Positions 1 to 9,047 of a stretch of DNA of 64,000 nt are shown one piece after another. Numbering within the stretch: the stretch's first letter is position 1; each line of letters starts with the position of its first letter. The notes beneath the pieces were generated by a model. It was not told the DNA's origin and searched no databases. It saw nothing but the letters and a program-made list of their open reading frames with translations. The translations under genes were made by a program, and so were the position numbers. This DNA is from Bacteroidales bacterium (GTDB taxonomy: Bacteria; Bacteroidota; Bacteroidia; Bacteroidales; GCA-2748055): contig JAUUZQ010000004.1 in NCBI GenBank assembly GCA_030589895.1, positions 2,951 to 66,950 of the forward strand. Direction: 5' to 3'.

Positions 1-1324
1 GTTTATGCAGGATTCCTGAGGGACCATAAGCAGTTTGGTAGCCTTGTCCGAGGTCGTACTGACCGCTGGTAAAAACATATTTCCATTTACCATCCGTAAT
101 CATCGCTTTATTATCTTCAAGAAATTCTGCAAATATGTATTCATTTCCATCATTGCTTTTCTGATTAAACAGGTATTCCAGACTTTTCCCCTGAACAGAA
201 CTTAATGGAGGAATATCTATCAGATCAAGAATTGTAGGGACTATATCAATAAACTGCACCAATGCATCTGTTGATTTTACTTTTCTCTTCTTTTTCCCTA
301 CACGAAAAATCAATGGAGCCTGTATTGCAGGATCCCACATCGTATGTTTCTCGAAACGCTTATGATCAGCCAGGAGATATCCCTGATCACCCATGTATAC
401 AACAAGCGTATTCCCGCTTAAACCCTCCTCATCCAAAGCATTCAGAATTTTGCCAATCTGCTGATCCATGTACTCAACTGAAGTATAGTAAGCAGCAATA
501 ATACCACGCTTATCATCGTCACTTAGTCCCCTGAAAATTTCAGGAACAAAGCGGTCATCCTCATTACTTCCTTCTGGCAAAGGGATTTTATCCGGATCAA
601 TCCTGTTTGTAAATTCAACAGGAAAATTAAATGGCGAATGAGGTTCATGAAAACCTACCCATAAAAAGAAAGTGCTGTCTTTGTTCTCTTTTAGAAATTC
701 TATAGCCTTTAATGCATCATACGCAGCACTACCATATTCCTCATGATAAGCACTTGGCAGGACATCTGCGTTTAACCAAATTCTGGCCGAATCAACAAAT
801 GGATGCCATTTCCCAAGGGTCTCAATTGAATCTGGAATTGCGGGCATCTCCTGCTCATTAAACCATTTTTTATAATCAGTACTTGTTATTCTGTAAGTAA
901 AACCATGATCAGGAACAGGAGCTACCCAATTGTTAAAATGTGTCTTCCCCACTACTCCTGTTGAATACCCATGATCTCTAAGATGCTCTGCAATAGTTAC
1001 ATTATTAGCATCATTGAAAGCCGTTCGCAGTAAAGTAACTCCGGTTGCGTGTGGATATTTTCCCGTAAGTATCGATTGCCTGGATGCACTGCAAACAGGT
1101 GCATTGGCATAGGCATTTGTAAATATCATGCTCTCTGAAGCAAGCTGATCCAGGTTTGGAGTATGCACTATATCATTCCCATAACACCCTAAAGCTCTGG
1201 ATGAATGGTCATCTCCAACAATTACAATTACATTTCGAATGGACGCTTCCTCTGGTGTTCTATTACAAGCAAAAAATACGAATACGAGAGACACAATTAG
1301 TGTCAGGTGATAATGATTTTTCAT
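1..1324 (-). CDS. Sulfatase (formylglycine-dependent S1 type), C-terminus runs off the window start
   Basis: Absent from the ORF track because there is no stop in the window. My minus-strand translation from ATG 1324-1322 gives MKNHYHLTLIVSLVFVFFACN (lipoprotein-like signal), IVGDDHS, NAPVCSASRQSILTGKYPH (C-x-A-x-R FGly motif), GKTHF and YMGDQGY, and stays open to position 1. Confidence 0.85.
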   Translation of the reverse strand, partial: MKNHYHLTLIVSLVFVFFACNRTPEEASIRNVIVIVGDDHSSRALGCYGNDIVHTPNLDQLASESMIFTNAYANAPVCSASRQSILTGKYPHATGVTLLRTAFNDANNVTIAEHLRDHGYSTGVVGKTHFNNWVAPVPDHGFTYRITSTDYKKWFNEQEMPAIPDSIETLGKWHPFVDSARIWLNADVLPSAYHEEYGSAAYDALKAIEFLKENKDSTFFLWVGFHEPHSPFNFPVEFTNRIDPDKIPLPEGSNEDDRFVPEIFRGLSDDDKRGIIAAYYTSVEYMDQQIGKILNALDEEGLSGNTLVVYMGDQGYLLADHKRFEKHTMWDPAIQAPLIFRVGKKKRKVKSTDALVQFIDIVPTILDLIDIPPLSSVQGKSLEYLFNQKSNDGNEYIFAEFLEDNKAMITDGKWKYVFTSGQYDLGQGYQTAYGPSGILHK

Positions 1325-1433
1325 CTGATTGACTGGTTAATAGCGCTAGAATGTAAAAATACAGTTTTCGGTGTATATAAAAAATGTATAATGCGATTAT
1401 GGAGATAATGGTTATCTTAGAAGGTTGAACTTA

Positions 1434-1457
1434 GTTTGGTGTTTGGTGTTTGGTGTT
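1434..1457. repeat. Tandem heptamer GTTTGGT x3.4
   Basis: Read directly: gtttggt gtttggt gtttggt gtt, in the spacer between the sulfatase start and the next gene. Confidence 0.8.
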
Positions 1458-1584
1458 AAGAGTTAATAGATCGGGCGAAGTCAATAATAAATAATAAACC
1501 TGTGTTATCCTGTCCCTCCTACATGAGAATTGCAAGAGAGTCAGAGTAAACAGAAAACAGATTTGATTTAAAATATATTATAAG

Positions 1585-2268
1585 ATGAAAAAAACAATCA
1601 TTAGTTTAGTCTCAGTTGTGATTTTCTCACTTCTTCTTCAATCATGTTTTGAGATCAAGGAGATTATTAAAATTAATAAAGATGGATCCGGAACATTTAC
1701 CATGTCGATTGACATGAGTGAGGTGAAGTCTATGGTAGAGAGTTTCAGTGATAGCAAAAGTGATGATACTGGAAGTCCACTCGCTGAGATGCAGGAGGAG
1801 TATGAGGCAACTCGTGAAAAACTGGAAATGATTGAGGGAATCTCTAATATTACTTTCCTAACTGAAAATGATGGTTATGTAATATCTACCGGCTTCGATT
1901 TTTCAAATATCGATGCATTGAACAGGGGAATGAATGTGGTATATGAGGATGAAAACGAAGATGGAACACAAACAGAATACTACATGTTGGGAAAGAGGAG
2001 TTTTGAGAGAACATTATCTCATAACCTGCTGGAACAGCTCAAGGGAGAATTAGGATCCGGAGATAAGGGAATAGAAGGGATGGATCTCTCACAAATTTTT
2101 TCGGATGTGGCATACCTGAATATCGTGACCTTTACAGATCGTAAGATAAAAAAGACTAGCTCAGACGATATTGAAATTTCTGAAGATGGCTCAACAATGA
2201 CCTTGAAAAGATTCATTTTCAGGAAAGATGCTGATCTTTCGATGGATTATAAGGTGAAGGTAAAATAG
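1585..2268 (+). CDS. Hypothetical lipoprotein
   Basis: ATG start; signal peptide ending LLLQSC (lipobox-like Cys); no recognisable catalytic motif. Confidence 0.6.
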   Translation: MKKTIISLVSVVIFSLLLQSCFEIKEIIKINKDGSGTFTMSIDMSEVKSMVESFSDSKSDDTGSPLAEMQEEYEATREKLEMIEGISNITFLTENDGYVISTGFDFSNIDALNRGMNVVYEDENEDGTQTEYYMLGKRSFERTLSHNLLEQLKGELGSGDKGIEGMDLSQIFSDVAYLNIVTFTDRKIKKTSSDDIEISEDGSTMTLKRFIFRKDADLSMDYKVKVK

Positions 2269-2283
2269 GGTTTAAGAAGTATT

Positions 2284-2358
2284 ATATGGCACTCCTCCGG
2301 AGTTTAACCTGGGTTGGAAACCTTACTTTTATATAGATATGGCACTCCTCCGGAGTTT
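2284..2358. repeat. Two copies of the 22-bp word ATATGGCACTCCTCCGGAGTTT (2284-2305 and 2337-2358), each with a small ACTCC/GGAGT hairpin
   Basis: Exact direct repeat read in sequence. The second copy is followed by a T6 run (2356-2361), so it may act as a weak terminator for 1585..2268. Confidence 0.6.
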
Positions 2359-2359
2359 T

Positions 2360-3859
2360 TTATTTAATATGAATATACTTCAAGACGAGTTCCTGAATCT
2401 CTTCTTTTTTGCCAAATATAAGCTCCGATAGATTCTCGTCATTATATGCCTTTAAATTCTTGATGATACTGTCAAGCATACCTGCAGAAAAAACACCATC
2501 TTTTTCAAAAACAGACCTCAAATTATCTAATGCCATCGCAGAATTATAACATGAATCGGGAAGCTGATTCAATTTTCCATAACTTTTCTTGTTCTTATGA
2601 ATATCAACATTTACATAGAGAGAGTCAGCAAATTTAACACCATCTTTCATCTCCAATCCATGTAAGGCAGCTAAAGTAAGTCCGCTGAGCAGGGAATGGA
2701 TATCAGCTGATCCATCGGCAGCTCTATATTCAACTGTCTGTCGGTCTGGAGCAATTAGCTCAGGAAATGACGCAGAAGGATTGGCCAGTTTTATCATATC
2801 ATTATTCCCAAGCCATCCCAGAGGAACACGAACCAGTACACTGCGATTCCTGTCTCCCCAGCATATACTGGTTGGAGCCTCCTGATCTGGAACCAGACGG
2901 AGATATGATGTTGGAATGGTATTGCCAAATGCTGTTATTGCCGGTGAAAGATCAAGAATCCCTGCGATAATCTTTTTTGCAATATCTGTGAGTCCATTCT
3001 CATCAGCCATCATGTTTTTTCCATCAGCTTCTGCCAACATATGAATATGTAAGCCACTTCCTGCCTGACCTTCTGAAATTTTAGGGGCAAAACTTATCTC
3101 AACATCATACTTATAGGCCAGCATTCTAAGAATCCATTTTGCAATGACAAGATGATCAGCAGCATCTTCAATTTCAGTGGGTAAAAACTCAATTTCATGT
3201 TGCTCGAAAAGTTCTGTTTCTGAAAAGAAATCTCCAACTTCATTGTGAGCATATTTTACCTTCCCTCCAGCTTTTGCAATCATTTGAATTGCCTCTTTTC
3301 TCAGTTGCTCCCATTTTGAATGAGGCGCTGAGGAATGATATCCCTTTTGGTCTGGAACTTCGAAAATATATTCTCTTGGCGCATTTACATAGTATTCGAG
3401 CTCTCCCAATGCCTTAAAAACCATTCCTGTTCTCGCGGAGAACAGGCGATGCGCTTTCTTTAATATATTTTCAGGAGAATTGTCCAGCGGACTGCCATCA
3501 TTAGTGAAGAAAGAACAAAGTATTTCCAATGATGGAATCTCGCTAAAAGGATTCACAAATGCTGTACTATACCTCGGGATCACATACAGATCACTGGATC
3601 CGGCATCAATAAATGAAAACAGGCTTGATCCATCAACTCTTTCCCCGTAGGTCAATAATTCTTCAAGTTGCTCTTTGCTATGAATAATAAAGCTTAGCGC
3701 CTTCAATTTTCCATCTTCAGCTACATACCTGAAGTTAACTATTTCAATACTCTTTGCTACGATAAACTCAATTATGTCGTCTCGTTGAAAACCTGAAGAT
3801 GGTTTTCCCAAAAACTGTACCAGTTCATTTGGATTTAATGCAATATTTTCTTCTCTCAC
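2360..3859 (-). CDS. Glutamine synthetase family protein (about 500 aa form)
   Basis: GS-like beta-grasp N-terminus and catalytic region with AGSGLHIHM. GTG start at 3859-3857; no nearby in-frame ATG. Confidence 0.8.
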   Translation of the reverse strand: MREENIALNPNELVQFLGKPSSGFQRDDIIEFIVAKSIEIVNFRYVAEDGKLKALSFIIHSKEQLEELLTYGERVDGSSLFSFIDAGSSDLYVIPRYSTAFVNPFSEIPSLEILCSFFTNDGSPLDNSPENILKKAHRLFSARTGMVFKALGELEYYVNAPREYIFEVPDQKGYHSSAPHSKWEQLRKEAIQMIAKAGGKVKYAHNEVGDFFSETELFEQHEIEFLPTEIEDAADHLVIAKWILRMLAYKYDVEISFAPKISEGQAGSGLHIHMLAEADGKNMMADENGLTDIAKKIIAGILDLSPAITAFGNTIPTSYLRLVPDQEAPTSICWGDRNRSVLVRVPLGWLGNNDMIKLANPSASFPELIAPDRQTVEYRAADGSADIHSLLSGLTLAALHGLEMKDGVKFADSLYVNVDIHKNKKSYGKLNQLPDSCYNSAMALDNLRSVFEKDGVFSAGMLDSIIKNLKAYNDENLSELIFGKKEEIQELVLKYIHIK

Positions 3860-3878
3860 TATATTTTATTTTGGGATG

Positions 3879-3886
3879 CAAATATA
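3879..3886 (-). promoter_or_regulatory. Candidate Bacteroidota -7 box TATATTTG (TAnnTTTG)
   Basis: Plus strand reads caaatata, 20 nt upstream of the GTG start of the GS-like gene. Confidence 0.35.
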
Positions 3887-4053
3887 GCTCAGATTAATGT
3901 TTGTAGAAGTGGTATAGAGCAGCTATTAAATATGTTTTATAGCAATATATATCTAAAAATTTTAGCTCAAGAGATTAATCTCCTAGTTCTCTATTCGTTG
4001 CGTACCGGCACAAATTGATAAGTAAAAAAGTGCTTATATTCGTCAATCCAATT

Positions 4054-4995
4054 ATGAAAAATATAACATTCTACATACTTGTCATTCTCCCTCTGGTATT
4101 TCTCCACTCATGCCATACGAAGCAGACTTTAACTCCCGGTGAAGCTTATGCTGAAGTGAGCGGTGGAAAAATATGGTTCCACATTATCGGAGAAGGTGAT
4201 GCCACACCAATATTAATGCTTCATGGCGGTCCGGGTGGAACAAGCAATTCTATGTATGTCCTGGCTAAACTGAGTGAAAACAGACCAATTATCATATTCG
4301 ATCAGCTGGGGACAGGAAAATCAGGACACATAACTGATACATCCCTCATGACAATTGACTATTTCGTAAGCCAGTTGCATGAGTTCACCAGTGTTTTAGG
4401 TCTGAATGATTATTATTTGTACGGACATTCATGGGGATGCATGCTAGGATTGGACTATTATCTTGCACATCCCCGGGGAATCAAGGGACTCATACTTAAC
4501 AGTCCGCTGGTTAGTACTGAAATGTGGATTCATGATGCAGATACACTAATCGCTACCCTCCCAGATTCAATCCAGCAAATGATCAATACGAATGAGGATA
4601 AGGGAAGCTACAATTCACCGGATTATCAATATGCAAATAGCATTTTCTATCATAATTTCATACTAAGAACATCCAGAATACCTAATAGTTACGATGTTAT
4701 CCCCTCGAAAGGAAACAGAGTCATGTACAGGTACATGTGGGGACCCAGTGAATTTACTGCAACCGGAACCCTCAAAGATTATGATCGTATTGACCGTCTG
4801 AATGAGATAGATGTCCCGACCCTTTTTGTGACAGGAGAGTATGATGAAGCACGTCCGGTAACTGTTAAATATTTTTCAACCCTGGTGCCCAATGCTGAGT
4901 TTGAAATAATTGAAAATGCCGCTCATGGAACCATGCATGATAATCAGGAACGGAATGTGAAAGTTATCAATGATTTCCTCGATAGAATTCAATAA
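4054..4995 (+). CDS. Proline iminopeptidase-family alpha/beta hydrolase, secreted
   Basis: HGGPGG oxyanion motif and GHSWG nucleophile elbow. The ORF-track start 4015 is TTG; ATG 4054 (MKNITFYILVILPLVFLHSC) gives a clean signal peptide. Confidence 0.8.
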   Translation: MKNITFYILVILPLVFLHSCHTKQTLTPGEAYAEVSGGKIWFHIIGEGDATPILMLHGGPGGTSNSMYVLAKLSENRPIIIFDQLGTGKSGHITDTSLMTIDYFVSQLHEFTSVLGLNDYYLYGHSWGCMLGLDYYLAHPRGIKGLILNSPLVSTEMWIHDADTLIATLPDSIQQMINTNEDKGSYNSPDYQYANSIFYHNFILRTSRIPNSYDVIPSKGNRVMYRYMWGPSEFTATGTLKDYDRIDRLNEIDVPTLFVTGEYDEARPVTVKYFSTLVPNAEFEIIENAAHGTMHDNQERNVKVINDFLDRIQ

Positions 4996-5222
4996 TAGGA
5001 TTTTTCAAATGTATATCAGGTGTGAGCTAAATAGTACAATACCTGGCTACTTCGTGTCTGCATTTATAATATAATCTGAGCTTGAAAATCCATTCCTCTT
5101 GAAAAACTTGTCCATTTCATAAAGTCAGCTCAATAATTCTAACATGTTGAATAATACCACTTAATACTTGACTTCCGGATTCTAATATCGTATCTTAAGA
5201 AGATTGCAAAACAGTTTGCCAT

Positions 5223-6305
5223 ATGAAAAATATTGCGCATCAATTCATCATAGTTTTATTACTTCTTTTTGTGACAGGATCCAGTAAACAGATTGTGCCG
5301 CAACAAGCAGAAGAGTGCAAAAGAGAGCGTCTGAGAACTGCTGAACCTGGTACTTGTCTGCACCCTGATGCATATAGGGTTTTAAAGGCTATTGAAAAGA
5401 TCGAGGGCAATCCATTTGAAAATAAAAGGAACAGGAGAGTAATTAATTTAGTGGAACCAAGGGTTTATAAAGTTATAGATACTATTGTAAGAAGTGATTC
5501 CCTAATTGTTCCATTAAGAATATATTATCCTGATAAGAAAAGCACTTCTGAAGTATATCCAATAATATTCTACATTCATGGAGGAGCATTTATGTATGGT
5601 AATATTGAACAGTACGACATGCTCGCAAAAAAAATATGCCGAACTACAAAAGCAATTGTAAGCTCCGTAGAATACAGACTTGCTCCTGCTCATCCTTATC
5701 CCGCAGCAATAAATGATTCATATTGCGCATTGAACTGGGTTGCGGAAAATGCTGAACGGATTGGAGGTCACGAAGAAGGAGTTTATGTTATGGGAAGCAG
5801 TGCAGGAGGAAATATTGCAACTGTGCTTACACTCAAAAGCAGGGATTTCAAAGGACCTAAAATTGCAGGACAGATACTCTTTTATCCTCCAACAACCTTC
5901 CTTGAAACAGAATTTCCTTCAAGGCTTAATTTCTTTCGTGATTCATTAAGAAGCTATATGCTGACTGAAGAGCTCTGCAGGAAGTGTAAAAAGAATTATT
6001 TGGGAACTTATACCAATTATTCTGACCCATATATATCACCCGCAGAGGCAGCACTGAGTTCAGATTTACCATCAGCATTGATCTTCACTGCACAATGTGA
6101 TCCACTTAGAGATGATGGTCGAATATACGCAGAGCTACTTATGGCGGCTGGTGTTGATGTTTCATATATTGAGAGTAAGGGGATGATTCACGGATATTTG
6201 AGTTTCTATCTGATACTTAAAGAGGCTAGAAGATCATTGTTGAAATGCAGGGAATATATCCATACTCATAGCGAGCTATCTCCTTCATTACCAAGCTACC
6301 CCTAA
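5223..6305 (+). CDS. Alpha/beta hydrolase, esterase/lipase of the HSL (family IV) type, secreted
   Basis: HGGAF oxyanion motif, GSSAGG nucleophile elbow, DPLRDD and HGY near the C-terminus, N-terminal signal peptide. Confidence 0.75.
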   Translation: MKNIAHQFIIVLLLLFVTGSSKQIVPQQAEECKRERLRTAEPGTCLHPDAYRVLKAIEKIEGNPFENKRNRRVINLVEPRVYKVIDTIVRSDSLIVPLRIYYPDKKSTSEVYPIIFYIHGGAFMYGNIEQYDMLAKKICRTTKAIVSSVEYRLAPAHPYPAAINDSYCALNWVAENAERIGGHEEGVYVMGSSAGGNIATVLTLKSRDFKGPKIAGQILFYPPTTFLETEFPSRLNFFRDSLRSYMLTEELCRKCKKNYLGTYTNYSDPYISPAEAALSSDLPSALIFTAQCDPLRDDGRIYAELLMAAGVDVSYIESKGMIHGYLSFYLILKEARRSLLKCREYIHTHSELSPSLPSYP

Positions 6306-6409
6306 TCCTTACCACCCTCATTCCTGCAAATACAACAGCCACAGTTAAGATTCCAATATTAAGCGATGACCAAATGGAAGTGTTCGATAATATTGAACTT
6401 ATAAACTAA
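6272..6409 (+). pseudogene. Orphan C-terminal relic of a glycoside hydrolase (rhamnosidase-C-like tail)
   Basis: The frame offset from the esterase reads RAISFITKLPLILTTLIPANTTATVKIPILSDDQMEVFDNIELIN-stop, with no start or upstream body. The IPANTTATVxIP tail is typical of Bacteroidota GH C-termini, from my recollection rather than a search. Confidence 0.3.
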
Positions 6410-6496
6410 GGAACCGATAAGATGGATAACTTATAAAACATTCTTTGAAAGCTATTGATTTGAATATGTATCTTTACCTGGCCTTGGAAAGTTAAT

Positions 6497-8902
6497 ATGC
6501 TGGGAAGATTAATATTATTGTCTTTACGGAACCTTCGTCGTAACCTGCTTTACGCCTTAATTGTAATTGGCGGGTTATCTTTGGGAATGACCACATTCCT
6601 GGCAATCATACAATGGTCATCATGGCACATGAGTTATGACCGCCATTTTCCTGAATCAGAACAATTGTACAGGATCACACTGGAAGAGAAGATAGAGAAC
6701 TTCGAACGCCAGACCGCCAGAATATTACATGGTGATGTAAGCCTCCAGATAATTCAGGGAGATAAAATTCCTGAGTTGGAATCCATTGCCAGACTAGCTC
6801 CCTTTAGAAATGCAATTGTAAGAAAAGGGGACATCGTTTTCTTCGAAGACAAGAGTTTTTCCAGCGATCCTGAATTCTTACAAATGTTTAAGCCCGAAGT
6901 TGTTTCAGGAGATATCAACACAATGCTCAGCGCCCCATTTAAAGTTGTTCTCACAGAAACAGCTGCAAGAAAATACTTTGGCAGCGATAACCCGATTGGT
7001 CATACATTGGAAATTGTTCACCAGTTTGGAATATCTCCGGATGATTATGAAATCACAGGTATCATTAAGGATTATCCGGAAAATAGCCATTTCAAGATAT
7101 CGCTTCTCACTTCATTCGAAGATCCTGAAAACTATACTTCTACGGCCTGGTTGTATGCCAGGGTTGCCAGGGGTGCCAACATTGATAAAATCGAACAAAG
7201 CATTAAGATTCTTATTGACGAAAATAATGAAGAATCTTATGCAGAAGGACTATTTCCAAAACTGAATAAACTTAGCAATATTCATCTTCATTCACATTTA
7301 GCCAGGGAATTAGAAAAAAACATCTCCTATAAATCAGTAATGATTTTAAGCATCGCCGGATTACTGGTTTTCATGCTGGCCTGGTTTAATTTTACGCTTC
7401 TCTCAATCAGTCAAAACCAGCTTAATCTTAAAAAATTGATATTCAGGTGGCAAATGGGTGCAGGAAAGAAGGCGTTTTTTGTCCAGTTTTATACTGACTT
7501 CCTGCTTGTAGGCATCATCTCACTCCTTATTGCAGGAGTATTAAGTGTCCTCTTAGGGAATTTTATCTTTGCAATAATGGGAATCCGTTTCTCTGATAAC
7601 ATTCCGTTGTTGCTTTCAGTATTTGCTGCATTTTTTATAGTTCTGATCCTTTCATCAATTCTTACATCACTCTATGCCACATTCAGACTTTATAGAATTC
7701 TAAAGATCAAATATCTTTCATCTCCGGAGAATTCACATCGCTCTCTATCTGGTCGAAACTTCTTTATCCATGCAGTTATCGTTGTTGAGTTTGTCATAAC
7801 TCTCATCCTGATCTCAAACCTGTTTATGATGAAGAAGCAGGTGATGTATGCCATGGATCAACAAATTGGGTCAAACGATACTACTACTATTCAAATTCCC
7901 AAGCTTCCAAGGCCCGTGATTGATAACTATGTGCTTTTCAGGGAAGAAGTAGGAAAATTCCCTGTTTTCTCTGAGATCACTGCCATGATGGAAGAACCTG
8001 GTGGAATGGCGATGGATGCATTTGAATTTACAATTGAAGGATTGCCAAAATCAGAGGAGAGATTATTTGTATTTCCTGTAGATAAATATTTCCTGAAGTT
8101 TTATAGCCTCGACCTGATTATTGGAGCCGATTTTCCCATGGATTACAGTCCGGAAGATACTGTTGATTATTATGTGCTTAATGAAACAGCAGCTAAATTG
8201 TTATCTCCTGATTCATACGAAAATCTGATAGGCAGAACGCTAAAACTTGATTACTTTCACCCAGGCTTAATATTTCCCGGAGAGATCATCGGTATTGTTA
8301 AAGACTTCCATCTCTCATCACTTGGGAGAAAAGTAACCCCAATGGTCGTCTTCCCTAAACATGTCTGGCTATATTGCTATTCTCTTAGAATTCAAGGAGA
8401 CAGGAAGCAAGCACTTCAAACTCTGGAAAATATATGGCAGGAAATCTATCCTGACTTCCCATTGAGATATTATTTCACAACTGATATTTATGAAACACTG
8501 TACGAAACTGAGTTAACTGAAATCCGGGTGCTGATTATATTCAGTCTCCTCTCCTTACTTATAGCCGGTACCGGATTGTTTGCACTGAGCGGATATTTCA
8601 TGCATCAGAAAATGAAAGCCGCTGCCATTCGTAAAATAAATGGAGCAGGTATCCGGAATATACTCTTTCCCGAACTAAAACAGTACCTGGTACTTGCACT
8701 GATATCTACCCTTATTGCTTCTCCCCTGTCATATTTGATCATCTATAACTGGATGAGCAACTTTTCATACCAGTTGCCGATACCTGTCTGGATCATACCC
8801 TTATCGGCCTTGCTACTTATTGGATTTTCGTGGATGGCTGTTTTCTATCACTCAATGAAACTTGCCAGACTTAATCCAACAGAATATCTGGGAATCGATT
8901 AG
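6497..8902 (+). CDS. ABC transporter permease, FtsX/MacB-like with large periplasmic domains
   Basis: 801 aa; N-terminal TM, large soluble domain, a 3-TM FtsX block, a second soluble domain and a second FtsX block. No adjacent ATPase gene. Confidence 0.8.
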   Translation: MLGRLILLSLRNLRRNLLYALIVIGGLSLGMTTFLAIIQWSSWHMSYDRHFPESEQLYRITLEEKIENFERQTARILHGDVSLQIIQGDKIPELESIARLAPFRNAIVRKGDIVFFEDKSFSSDPEFLQMFKPEVVSGDINTMLSAPFKVVLTETAARKYFGSDNPIGHTLEIVHQFGISPDDYEITGIIKDYPENSHFKISLLTSFEDPENYTSTAWLYARVARGANIDKIEQSIKILIDENNEESYAEGLFPKLNKLSNIHLHSHLARELEKNISYKSVMILSIAGLLVFMLAWFNFTLLSISQNQLNLKKLIFRWQMGAGKKAFFVQFYTDFLLVGIISLLIAGVLSVLLGNFIFAIMGIRFSDNIPLLLSVFAAFFIVLILSSILTSLYATFRLYRILKIKYLSSPENSHRSLSGRNFFIHAVIVVEFVITLILISNLFMMKKQVMYAMDQQIGSNDTTTIQIPKLPRPVIDNYVLFREEVGKFPVFSEITAMMEEPGGMAMDAFEFTIEGLPKSEERLFVFPVDKYFLKFYSLDLIIGADFPMDYSPEDTVDYYVLNETAAKLLSPDSYENLIGRTLKLDYFHPGLIFPGEIIGIVKDFHLSSLGRKVTPMVVFPKHVWLYCYSLRIQGDRKQALQTLENIWQEIYPDFPLRYYFTTDIYETLYETELTEIRVLIIFSLLSLLIAGTGLFALSGYFMHQKMKAAAIRKINGAGIRNILFPELKQYLVLALISTLIASPLSYLIIYNWMSNFSYQLPIPVWIIPLSALLLIGFSWMAVFYHSMKLARLNPTEYLGID

Positions 8903-9047
8903 GGAAAATTCGTTCGAGATTGTCCAAAATGAGGATTCCCGGTAGAATTATGGTTTATTAACTTTTTTCAATACTTTTTTACTCCAATCCTATGTCTTCT
9001 GTACTATCTTTAGCAATTGTTATATTAATTGCGACGTTAGTAGAATT

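Noticed and set aside
262-501. Many 60-170 aa ORFs nested antisense or out of frame inside long genes, for example 262-501, 2767-2970, 12649-13032, 24274-24783, 26673-26999, 30468-30734, 32221-32529, 55427-55915 and 60831-61322
   Set aside because: Each is fully contained within a longer ORF that has clear family motifs. They have odd composition and no motifs, so I treat them as shadow ORFs.
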